Assembly: GCA_963812015.1 (NCBI GenBank)
Contig: CAWETI010000003.1
Coordinates: 1,856,001-1,920,000, forward strand
DNA length: 64,000 bases
Direction: 5' to 3'
Origin: an uncultured delta proteobacterium
Lineage (GTDB): Bacteria > Desulfobacterota > Desulfobaccia > Desulfobaccales > 0-14-0-80-60-11
Shown piece after piece: positions 9,963 through 18,671 of this stretch. The position numbers and the translations under genes are program-made. The notes beneath the pieces were generated by a model. That model made no database searches. It saw only the letters and a list, made by a program, of their open reading frames with translations, and was not told the origin of the DNA. Within the stretch, counting starts at the first letter, position 1. Each line of letters starts with the position of its first letter.

Positions 9963-11939
9963 TTATTTAAACTGCGTAAACACCGCAGCCAGGCCGATGG
10001 GAATCAAAATCCACCCCGCAATCTTGTGAAAATGGTAATAGAGCAGCATGGGAAACGAGATTTTCTCGATCTGCCACAGCTTGGCCAGCCCCAGGTCCAC
10101 TCCGGGCAGGAACTCATCCAGGCTCAGGAAAAATTGCACCGCCATGGTTTTATAGCGGTTGCCTTGAATCAGCCACGTCCAGCCCCCCAGAAAGCTGGGA
10201 TCGAAGTTGCGGTGGTCAAAGACAAAGGTCCCCATAAATACGATCAGCAGGCTGACCCAGAGGGTCCGGGTCGGTTTCTTGCCGTAGCCAGCCAGGCCGT
10301 CCCAAAAGACCAGGGTGGCCAGATTATAGGGATGCCACCATTTTTGCATGACCTCCCGGCGCTTGCCCTCGATATATACCGTGTCCGCCCGGTCCTTGGT
10401 GCCCCCATGCAGGAAATAATCCTCCAACTGCTGGTAGTTGCGGTTGTCGAAGCGGCTATGGTTAATCCAGGCCAGGAGCTTGTGCCAATCCTGGGGCCCC
10501 TCCCCGGCGCTGACATTCTGGTAGGTCAACCCCTCCAGCCAGACCTGCTCCGGGTTGGGCGGCCAGGTGACGTTGAGCATCTTCAGCGAGTAAAAGCTGC
10601 TGTCCCGCAGGTCGGCCTTGCGGCTGATGGTGAAATTCTTCAGAATGGTCGGGCCTTTCACCTGCAACCGGCTGGCCTGGAGGGCTTCAACCTGAAAATC
10701 GCCCAGGATCAGGCTGTAGTCTACCATGGCCCCATCCAGATTGATTTCCTTATAGGTCAGGGCCGGGTCAGCGCCTCCGGCCAGCACGAGATTCTTAAAG
10801 CTGGTCCCCACCATGGAGACCCCGCTTTGAAAAACCGTGTCGGTGAAGAAAGCGTGCTGGTCCACCTTCAAACCGAAAAAGTTGGGGGCCCGGTCGGGAT
10901 TTTCGAACCGCGCCTGATTGACGATGAGCATCCCGGCCACAGAGGCCATGGAAAAGTCCACCGGGCCCTTGAAAACGGTGCCATCAAAGGAGGCGCGCGG
11001 ACCCACCTTGAGGCCGTTGAAACTCACTTTCTGAGAGCCGGATTCAAAGCGGGCCTCATCCGCGAACAACTCGCCGCCGATCTCGGCGCCCCCCAAATCC
11101 ACCGCTCCCTGAAAAACGGCCTTTATGAAGGAGGCGCTTTGGGCCACCTTTAAGCCGTTCAGCTTGGCTTTGTGATCAGCCGCGGTAAATAGGGCGCCGG
11201 CGGCGTTGAATTCCCCGCCGACCTTGGCCCCGGTAAAATCAACCGGACCCGCAAAAACCGCATTTTTCAGGGAGAGACTCTGACCCGCCACGCAACCGTT
11301 AAAATTGGCTTCCCGGGCCTGGTCGGCAAACTTGGCGTCCGTCAGGACGAATTGCCCGTCGATGCTCGCGCCGCCAAAATCCACCGGACCCGCAAAGACC
11401 GCGCCGCCTAAGAAGGCATCCAATCCCACTTTCAGGCGGTAGAAATTGGCCTGCTGGGCAAAAACGACCTGCTTCAAGGCCAGAGTCTTCTTAAACTCGC
11501 AACCGGCGAAATTTACCGGACCCTGGAATTGGCAGCCGACGAAAAATACGGCGTGCGGGACTGTGGCGAATTCCAGGCTCAGGGGGTCAGGGATGACGGC
11601 ATTGACCAGATAGATGCCGCTGCGGTGGGGCTTGAATCCCGGCATACCGTCGGTGAGCAAGGCCTCCAGGAAGCCGGCATGGATTTGCCGGGATGAGTCC
11701 TCGGGGCCGAATTTCTCCTTCAAGTCGGCGACCCGGCCTTCAGCCGCCTGCTGCAGGACCCAGGACTCCGCGGGGGTAAGCCCCCCCGGTCCAGGCATCG
11801 CCGCAACCGGTCCGGCCAGCCCCATGCAGAGCGCCATAATGAAGCCGCTACAAACCCAAAACGCCGCGTTTTTCAGCGCAGCCTCGACGCTGCCGGGCCG
11901 GCGAGGGCTCGTCGCGACCACGCCTCTGTCCTTTACCAT
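9963..11939 (-). CDS. Exported pentapeptide-like beta-helix repeat protein with C-terminal membrane domain
   Basis: N-terminal hydrophobic signal; five ~44-47 aa units starting G(P/A)VDF; C-terminal GYGKKP-TM...SLDEFLPGVDLG...TM. Confidence 0.8.
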   Translation of the reverse strand: MVKDRGVVATSPRRPGSVEAALKNAAFWVCSGFIMALCMGLAGPVAAMPGPGGLTPAESWVLQQAAEGRVADLKEKFGPEDSSRQIHAGFLEALLTDGMPGFKPHRSGIYLVNAVIPDPLSLEFATVPHAVFFVGCQFQGPVNFAGCEFKKTLALKQVVFAQQANFYRLKVGLDAFLGGAVFAGPVDFGGASIDGQFVLTDAKFADQAREANFNGCVAGQSLSLKNAVFAGPVDFTGAKVGGEFNAAGALFTAADHKAKLNGLKVAQSASFIKAVFQGAVDLGGAEIGGELFADEARFESGSQKVSFNGLKVGPRASFDGTVFKGPVDFSMASVAGMLIVNQARFENPDRAPNFFGLKVDQHAFFTDTVFQSGVSMVGTSFKNLVLAGGADPALTYKEINLDGAMVDYSLILGDFQVEALQASRLQVKGPTILKNFTISRKADLRDSSFYSLKMLNVTWPPNPEQVWLEGLTYQNVSAGEGPQDWHKLLAWINHSRFDNRNYQQLEDYFLHGGTKDRADTVYIEGKRREVMQKWWHPYNLATLVFWDGLAGYGKKPTRTLWVSLLIVFMGTFVFDHRNFDPSFLGGWTWLIQGNRYKTMAVQFFLSLDEFLPGVDLGLAKLWQIEKISFPMLLYYHFHKIAGWILIPIGLAAVFTQFK

Positions 11940-11982
11940 GCTATAACTCCGGGAAGAAAGTGCCTTACCTCACGCTGCTGCT

Positions 11983-14436
11983 TCACTTGAACTGCGACCA
12001 TACCCCCAGAAAAAAGACCGCAATGAAAATTCTCCCCACCAATCGATGCACCTGAATATAGGCCCGGGTCCTCCACGAGAGGGGGGGTGGCGTCCAATGG
12101 TTTTCCATCCCCAGGTTGAGCAGGGACGGGGTGAATATATCCACACTGAGGAGCACTGAACCCACCAGGGCGCAAAATCGGTTTTTTTTTGGCCATTCCC
12201 GGTCTACCAGGTACTCGGATTTGAACATGAGCGCCCCCCCCAGGATAAACGGGATGGCGAATAGAAAGATCCTCAGGGGTCGGCGGCCGCGCCCCACCGG
12301 CAAATCCCAAAACAGCAGTTCCGGCCATTGCAAAGGATTAAGGTAATCAGGCCACTCTTCCAGGCCGTTGGCCCGCCGTTTCATGTTGATATATGCCTGG
12401 GCGGCCAGGTCGTCCTGGCCGGTTTGCTCAAAATGGTTCTTGAGCTGCAAATAATTCCGGCTGTCGAAGCTGCTGCGGCCCAGCCAATCCAGCAGGTTAT
12501 CCCGGGAAAAGAGCCAGTTTCTCAGCCGATGGAACCAGTGGTCGGCGCCGTTATTGTTCATGGAAATCGATTGATAGGTCATGCCGGCGAGCAACATTCG
12601 CTCTTTGTTCGTTTGGGGCCATTTCGTCCCGCTCATTTCCAGGTCCACGAACTTGCTGTTGCTCAGGTCGGCCTGATCGGCGATCTCCAGATTATTGAAG
12701 GCCGCGATGCCTCTGACCTCCAAATTATTCCCCTGAAACTCCTTGACCTTGACATTGACCAGGTCCAAATTGCGCTCCACTACGGTCCTGGTGAGGTCCA
12801 ATTTAGTGATTATAGGGGGAGTATCCTTGGGGGGCTTGATTTCCGTGCTTTCCGATTCCTGGGGCTTGATTTCCGGGCCCTTGATAGACAAATCGAAAAA
12901 TTTGCCATTATCCAGGAAGATTTTCACCGGCAACCCCCCGCCTTTGAACACCGCCCCTTGAATGGCTTCGGCGCGCAACACCCCGCCGATCTTGGCACCG
13001 GAAAAATTGAGGTTGCCGTTAAACCAGGCGTCCGAAAAGAAAGCGAGTTGGCCCACTTGCAAGCCGCTGAAATCAACGTTTTGGGCCGCCTCGAATCGGG
13101 CCCGATGGGCATTAAACTGTCCGCCAATATTGGCGCCGGCGAAACTTACCGGCCCAGCGAAGGAGACCTCCTCGAAATTTGCGGTATTGCCGACTTTCAA
13201 ATCTGGAGCCTCGATGCCTTTGTCCACATTCTTAAACAGGGCCCCCTTGGCCTTTAAATTAAGGCCGATTTCGGCTGAACCAAAATCCACCGGACAGTTG
13301 AACAGGGCTTCTTCGAAGACAGCCTCCTGTCCCACCTTGGTCCGGAAAAAACTGGCGTAATGATCGCTACAGAAACTCAAGAACTGCGCTTTGGAGGCGC
13401 GCAGATCCTTGGCGATATCCGCGCCCCCAAACCAGGCCTTCCCATGGAAATGGGCTTCTTTGAAATCCGCGTAATTCCCCACTTTCATAATGAGAAAGGT
13501 GACGTGGTCTTCAAAGATGGTTTTATTGCACCGCAGGGTATATGCCACTTTGAGGCTGTCAAATATCGCCTCTTTCCAAAAGTGAGCCCCGCTCATTTCC
13601 AACAAGCCATCGATTGTTGCCAGGCAAAAATCCACCGGGCCATGCAGCCTCGCGTTTTCCAAGATGGCATTCTTGCCCACGTACATACTGTTAAAACATA
13701 TCTCTTCGGCCTCACTTTGGCATTGAGTGTCTATGAGACTGAATTCTTCGCCGATATGAGCCCGGTTGAAATTCACCCCTTGCAGGAAGCGGCTCTCGTT
13801 GAAATAGGCGCATTGATCAACCGTGAGGCCCAAAAAATTAGCGTCCTTTTTGAAAATCGAATTAAGAAGTTGCAGGTTTTTCTTAAAATGGCTATCACGC
13901 AAATTAATAGATTCCTCAAAGATACAGCTACTCAACAGGATATCGAGGGGTACGAGCGCGGCCCGGAGATCAAGGGGGTTGGAGATCACTGCGTTTTTCA
14001 GCCTTACCCCGTGGTTATGGGCCTTGAACCCGTCAAACCCGTCAACCATCAATTGCCTGAGGAAAGCGGCCCGGATGACCAGGCGCGGGCCCCAATCGCC
14101 CCTAAAAGCAGTCCAACGGGCTGGGTCCGCCTTTTCCAGGCGCTCCCTCAGATCCGTTAGGCCTTCTTTCTCGCCCATGACCAGGCCGTATTGTCTCTTG
14201 AGAGCCTCCCGGACCCCGTATTGCTTAACGAGATCCGCCACCTCTCCAGCCTTCACCTGATCCAGGACCCACACTTCCTGCGGGGTGAGGGAACTGGTGC
14301 CGACCCTGTTATCCACGGTATACCGGGGATACCTTTGAGCGTAGCCCGCTGTCGCCCCAAGGATGACGACGAAAACAAAGGATAATCCCAAGACAGCCTG
14401 CCGGGCGTTGCCGATGACGCACCGTTGTCGGTTCAT
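11983..14436 (-). CDS. Exported pentapeptide-like beta-helix repeat protein with C-terminal membrane domain (paralog of 9963-11939)
   Basis: Signal ending AYA; shared LTPxExWVLxQ..G.VADL start; GPVDF-type repeats; FD.RNY.QL motif; same C-terminal TM layout; SD GGAGG. Confidence 0.8.
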   Translation of the reverse strand: MNRQRCVIGNARQAVLGLSFVFVVILGATAGYAQRYPRYTVDNRVGTSSLTPQEVWVLDQVKAGEVADLVKQYGVREALKRQYGLVMGEKEGLTDLRERLEKADPARWTAFRGDWGPRLVIRAAFLRQLMVDGFDGFKAHNHGVRLKNAVISNPLDLRAALVPLDILLSSCIFEESINLRDSHFKKNLQLLNSIFKKDANFLGLTVDQCAYFNESRFLQGVNFNRAHIGEEFSLIDTQCQSEAEEICFNSMYVGKNAILENARLHGPVDFCLATIDGLLEMSGAHFWKEAIFDSLKVAYTLRCNKTIFEDHVTFLIMKVGNYADFKEAHFHGKAWFGGADIAKDLRASKAQFLSFCSDHYASFFRTKVGQEAVFEEALFNCPVDFGSAEIGLNLKAKGALFKNVDKGIEAPDLKVGNTANFEEVSFAGPVSFAGANIGGQFNAHRARFEAAQNVDFSGLQVGQLAFFSDAWFNGNLNFSGAKIGGVLRAEAIQGAVFKGGGLPVKIFLDNGKFFDLSIKGPEIKPQESESTEIKPPKDTPPIITKLDLTRTVVERNLDLVNVKVKEFQGNNLEVRGIAAFNNLEIADQADLSNSKFVDLEMSGTKWPQTNKERMLLAGMTYQSISMNNNGADHWFHRLRNWLFSRDNLLDWLGRSSFDSRNYLQLKNHFEQTGQDDLAAQAYINMKRRANGLEEWPDYLNPLQWPELLFWDLPVGRGRRPLRIFLFAIPFILGGALMFKSEYLVDREWPKKNRFCALVGSVLLSVDIFTPSLLNLGMENHWTPPPLSWRTRAYIQVHRLVGRIFIAVFFLGVWSQFK

Positions 14437-14524
14437 AATCAGGCCTCCATGCCGAACAGAATGACGACCTCGACGCTATTCCCTATAATTTAAAAAATTT
14501 TATCAACTCCATAATATCTTCATA

Positions 14525-15088
14525 TTACTCGGATTCCTCTTGGGCCTGGACCTCCCGCCAGCCTTGAGCCGCGGCCACACCCGCGGCCAGGGCCCGGCGG
14601 TTCAGATCTTCCGTGCCCTTGGGCACCCGGGCCAGCACCGCCGCCGTCAGGCTCTGGAGCGATACCACCCCGGTGACTTGGGCCAGGGCCCCCAGGGCCA
14701 CAATGTTGGCCGCCATCGCCCGCCCCAAGTCCCGGGCGATCCGGGTGAACGGCAGGGCCAGGGAGCGGCTGGCGGGCACCTCCTTGACCAGGTCGGCGTC
14801 CACCAGGAGAAGACCCCCCGGCTTCAAATCAACGATAAACGCATCCAGGGATTTCTGGTTCATGGCCAACAGCACATCGGGCTGGATGGCCTTGGGATAA
14901 TCGATCTCCGCATCGCTGATCACCACTTCCGCTTTGGACGCCCCACCCCGGGCCTCGGGACCGTAACTCTGGGTCTGGCAGACAAACTTGCCATCATAAA
15001 TCCCCCCCGCCTCCGCCAGAATGATCCCCGCCAATATCAACCCCTGGCCCCCGGACCCGGCCAGGCGAACTTCGTAACGACTTGGCAT
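14525..15088 (-). CDS. korC: 2-oxoacid (probably 2-oxoglutarate):ferredoxin oxidoreductase gamma subunit
   Basis: AGSGGQG, QSYGPEARGGAS, NIVALGA. Confidence 0.9.
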   Translation of the reverse strand: MPSRYEVRLAGSGGQGLILAGIILAEAGGIYDGKFVCQTQSYGPEARGGASKAEVVISDAEIDYPKAIQPDVLLAMNQKSLDAFIVDLKPGGLLLVDADLVKEVPASRSLALPFTRIARDLGRAMAANIVALGALAQVTGVVSLQSLTAAVLARVPKGTEDLNRRALAAGVAAAQGWREVQAQEESE

Positions 15089-15154
15089 GATTGCTTACCT
15101 GTTGAGAGTTCAAGGTTCAAGGTTGTTCGAGCTTTTAAAACTTTGAACTTTGAA

Positions 15155-15994
15155 CTATTTCTCCATCATCGCCGCCCGGGCCGCGTCCCGGATTTTCTGG
15201 TATTCCTGGGTATAGATGGGCAAGTCCCGGTCCACCAGGGTGCCGATGGTGATCTTGCCCGCCAGTTCTTCCGGGCTCATGGTCTTGGCCTTGTCCACCC
15301 GTACGGCCAGTTCCTTCTGCTGGCGCATCATCTCCACTGGGCCCCCCAGCTTATTTTTAGCGCCGAACTGAGTGTGGCAGTGGCTGATGACTTCCACCAC
15401 CGCAAAGCCCCGTTTCAGGATGGCCTGTTCCATGAGCTGATCCAGCAGGGTGGCGTGGTACACCGTGCCCCGCCCCACCATGGCGGCCCCGGCGCACACG
15501 GCCATCTCGCTGATGGAAAAGGCGTGTTCCACGTGGCCGTACCACGAAGTGGCGGACTTCGCCCCATACGGCGTGGTAGGCGAGTACTGGCCGCCGGTCA
15601 TGCCGTAGATATTGTTGTTGATGATGATGGCGGTCAGATTCAAGTTGCGCCGGGCCGCATGGATAAAGTGGTTGCCACCGATGGCGGTGGCGTCGCCGTC
15701 ACCCATAACCACGATCACCTGGAGCTTTGGATTGGCCAGTTTCACGCCTGTGGCAAAGGTCAGGGCCCGGCCGTGGGTGGTGTGGAGGGTGTTGAAATCC
15801 ACGTACACGCTCAGGCGGCCGGCGCAGCCGATCCCGGTTATCAAGACGATATCATCTTTTTCAAACCCGGTGCGGTCGATGGCCCGGATCAGCGCCCCCA
15901 GGACGATGCCGTTGCCGCACCCCGGGCACCAGACGTGGGGGAACTTCTTTTCGTGGCGCAAGTATTTGTGGATCAGCTTGGTGACTTCGGACAT
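15155..15994 (-). CDS. korB: 2-oxoacid:ferredoxin oxidoreductase beta subunit
   Basis: WCPGCG, GIGC, HGRA, GDGD...NNNIYGMTGGQ TPP motif. Confidence 0.93.
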   Translation of the reverse strand: MSEVTKLIHKYLRHEKKFPHVWCPGCGNGIVLGALIRAIDRTGFEKDDIVLITGIGCAGRLSVYVDFNTLHTTHGRALTFATGVKLANPKLQVIVVMGDGDATAIGGNHFIHAARRNLNLTAIIINNNIYGMTGGQYSPTTPYGAKSATSWYGHVEHAFSISEMAVCAGAAMVGRGTVYHATLLDQLMEQAILKRGFAVVEVISHCHTQFGAKNKLGGPVEMMRQQKELAVRVDKAKTMSPEELAGKITIGTLVDRDLPIYTQEYQKIRDAARAAMMEK

Positions 15995-16045
15995 GGCGTT
16001 TGGCTCTCAGCTGTCAGCGTTCAGCTTAAATTAGGACTTTCGATG

Positions 16046-16210
16046 CTATACCCACCGGTGCTCAGGGTCCGGAAGAAAAGTGATGAAGTCGGTTTCCGCG
16101 CCTTGAACCCGCACCAGCCAACCCCCGGGGACTTTGGTTCTATATACATTTCTTCTGGCAACCCAGCCTATCCCCTCCTGCTTCAATTCCTCCCAGACTA
16201 CTGTAGCCAT
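16046..16210 (-). CDS. 54-aa small protein (below ORF-track cutoff)
   Basis: MATVVWEELKQEGIGWVARRNVYRTKVPGGWLVRVQGAETDFITFLPDPEHRWV*; SD GGGAG upstream; fills the korA-korB gap on the same strand. Confidence 0.75.
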   Translation of the reverse strand: MATVVWEELKQEGIGWVARRNVYRTKVPGGWLVRVQGAETDFITFLPDPEHRWV

Positions 16211-16244
16211 TAGCGCTTCTCCCTGTTAACTAACTTATTGTTCT

Positions 16245-17387
16245 TTATAAAGTCGCTAACCTTTCTAAAATCTCCTCCGGCGTGATCAGGTCCCCGTCAA
16301 TCCGGTTCAAGGTCTCGATCCGGGTCATCCCCTGGTTGATGCGCTTGAGTTCCCGGGACATCTGGCCCATATTGAGTTCCGGCACCAGGACGGCCCGCAC
16401 CTGACGCAGGTGCGGCGTCAGCAAGCGCCGGGGAAAGGGCCACAGAGTGATAAGTTGCAGCAGCCCCGCTTTGATGCCCTGCTCCCTCGCATCCCGGACG
16501 GCCCGCTGCGCCGAGCGGGCCACCGACCCGTACGCCACCACCAGGAGCTCCGCATCCCCGGTCATCTCCTCTTTGACCATCAGGATATCGTCGAAATGCT
16601 GGGTGATCTTGCGGAAGAGCCGGTTCATGAACGGCACGATCTCATCATGGCGCTCGGTGGGGAAGCCGTGGACGTCATGGATGAGGCCGGTAACGTGGTA
16701 GCGGTAGCCGTCGCCGAAAATGCCCATGGGCGGCACCCCCCGGGCGTTGTCTTCATAGGGCTTGTACCATTCCGGCGGCACTGTGGGGCGCAAGCGGTCC
16801 ACTACCTCCACCGCCGCCGGCTCCGGCAGCACCACCTTTTCCCGGGTGTGGGCCACCATTTCATCGGTCAAGAGGATCACCGGGGTGCGGTATTTTTCCG
16901 ACAGGTTGAAGGCGCGGACGGTCAGGTCGAAACAGTCCCGGGTGGTGGCCGCGGCCAGAACGATGATGGGGTGGTCGCCGTGGGTGCCCCACCGGGCCTG
17001 CATCACGTCTCCCTGGCTGACGTGGGTGGGCAGTCCCGTGGAAGGGCCGCCCCGCATGACATTGACGATGACGCAGGGCACCTCCGCCATACAAGCGAAC
17101 CCCAGGTTTTCCTGCATCAGGGAAAATCCCGGGCCGCTGGTGGCGGTCATGGACTTGACGCCGGCCAGGGAGGCCCCCATCACCGCCCCCAGGGAGGCGA
17201 TCTCATCCTCCATCTGGATAAAGGTGCCCCCCACCGCGGGGAGACGATAGGACATGACTTCGCTGATCTCCGTGGCCGGGGTGATGGGGTAGCCGGCAAA
17301 AAACCGGCACCCGGCGGCCAGCGCCCCTTCCACCACCGCGTCGTTGCCCTGGAGCAGCATAGTTTGTCGGCTTTGTGTCGCGTCCAT
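16245..17387 (-). CDS. korA: 2-oxoacid:ferredoxin oxidoreductase alpha subunit
   Basis: FFAGYPITPATE, QMEDEIAS, TATSGPGFSLMQE, RGGPSTGLPT. Confidence 0.93.
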   Translation of the reverse strand: MDATQSRQTMLLQGNDAVVEGALAAGCRFFAGYPITPATEISEVMSYRLPAVGGTFIQMEDEIASLGAVMGASLAGVKSMTATSGPGFSLMQENLGFACMAEVPCVIVNVMRGGPSTGLPTHVSQGDVMQARWGTHGDHPIIVLAAATTRDCFDLTVRAFNLSEKYRTPVILLTDEMVAHTREKVVLPEPAAVEVVDRLRPTVPPEWYKPYEDNARGVPPMGIFGDGYRYHVTGLIHDVHGFPTERHDEIVPFMNRLFRKITQHFDDILMVKEEMTGDAELLVVAYGSVARSAQRAVRDAREQGIKAGLLQLITLWPFPRRLLTPHLRQVRAVLVPELNMGQMSRELKRINQGMTRIETLNRIDGDLITPEEILERLATL

Positions 17388-17506
17388 GGTTTTCTCTAAC
17401 TTCTTTCACCACCGCGGCACCAAGAACGCCGATGCACGCAAAACAAAAATAGTTAATTGCGCTTAAGGCGTAATCAAGACTCTTGGGGGCTTAGTGGTTG
17501 GTCTTT

Positions 17507-17836
17507 TCACTCCAGCTCTTCAGGTTTTGGTTCCCCAGGCGCCACTTCCCGGACACAGATGGCAAAATCCGGGCAGTGCAGCTCGCACCAGCGGCAGCCG
17601 GTGCAGCGCTCGGCGTGGTCCACTACCGGCGCCCCTTCGGCATCCAGGCTGAGGCATTGCCGGGGGCAGAAGGCGGCGCAGATGCCGCAGGACTTGCACC
17701 ATTCCCGGTAGATGTTGATCCGATATTCCGGATGAGGTTTCTCGGGATGCTCGTCCCCCGGGGGAACCGTACCCGGGGCCAAGGTTTGATTCAATTTTTC
17801 CTTTGAACCTGCGTCTCTCTCCATTATTCCCATCAC
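17507..17836 (-). CDS. korD: 2[4Fe-4S] ferredoxin-like delta subunit
   Basis: CKSCGICAAFCP and CTGCRWCELHCPDFAI; directly upstream of korA. Confidence 0.9.
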   Translation of the reverse strand: MMGIMERDAGSKEKLNQTLAPGTVPPGDEHPEKPHPEYRINIYREWCKSCGICAAFCPRQCLSLDAEGAPVVDHAERCTGCRWCELHCPDFAICVREVAPGEPKPEELE

Positions 17837-17951
17837 CTTCGTGATAGCCGCAGACTGTATCCTGCGCCGCTGGAATTGTCCGGTGTCAACGCAGGCTAAA
17901 GCCTGCGGCTACATCGCTTTCCTTCCGGGTTCCCCCAAATTCTTTAACCCT

Positions 17952-18524
17952 TCACCCCCGGCTGCGCTTCAGAAAATTGCGCAGCAGGTTGAGGCCCTCA
18001 GTGGTGAGGATCGACTCGGGGTGGAATTGAACCCCGAACACCGCCAGATCCTTATGGCGCAACCCCATGATCTCCCCCACCGAGGTTTGGGCCGAGACCG
18101 TGAGACAGTCCGGCAGACTCTCCCGTTCCACGATAAGGGAATGATAGCGCGTCGCCTCAAAGGGCGAAGGAATCCCCTGGAATAAGTCTTTGCCGTCGTG
18201 GTAGATGAGAGAGGTCTTGCCGTGCATCAGGCGGGGGGCCCGGATCACCCTCCCCCCAAACGCCGCGCCGATAGCCTGGTGCCCCAGGCAGACCCCTAGG
18301 ATGGGCAGGCGCCCGGCAAAATGGTGGATGGCGGCCAGGGAAATCCCCGCCTCATTAGGAGAACACGGGCCGGGGGAGATCACCAGTCGGCTGGGTCGGC
18401 TCGCCTCCAGGCCCGCCAGGTCAATCTGGTCATTGCGAAAGACCCGCACTTCCTCCCCCAGCTGGCCAAAATACTGGACCAGATTATAGGTGAAGGAATC
18501 GTAATTATCTATCATTACTAACAT
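17952..18524 (-). CDS. trpG: Anthranilate synthase component II (glutamine amidotransferase)
   Basis: [40 protein letters not shown]. Confidence 0.96.
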   Translation of the reverse strand: MLVMIDNYDSFTYNLVQYFGQLGEEVRVFRNDQIDLAGLEASRPSRLVISPGPCSPNEAGISLAAIHHFAGRLPILGVCLGHQAIGAAFGGRVIRAPRLMHGKTSLIYHDGKDLFQGIPSPFEATRYHSLIVERESLPDCLTVSAQTSVGEIMGLRHKDLAVFGVQFHPESILTTEGLNLLRNFLKRSRG

Positions 18525-18569
18525 AATAAACCTCTGAGATAAACCCCTTATATTTTTGCAGGAGGGGGC

Positions 18570-18667
18570 TTGGGGGAACCCACCGCCCACCGTAGGGGCG
18601 GACCCACGTGTCCTCCCTGGGCGCACACATGGGTGCGCCCCTACGATTAAAAGCGGGGTTCCCCCAA
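18570..18667. repeat. GTAG-type REP doublet nested in an outer inverted repeat
   Basis: GTAGGGGCG(18592)...CGCCCCTAC(18644), flanked by TTGGGGGAACCC / GGGTTCCCCCAA. Confidence 0.75.
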
Positions 18668-18671
18668 ATCC

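Noticed and set aside
17860..17890. TTGACA upstream of korD as an internal promoter
   Set aside because: Spacing to the nearest -10-like hexamer (TACAGT) is 24 nt, too long
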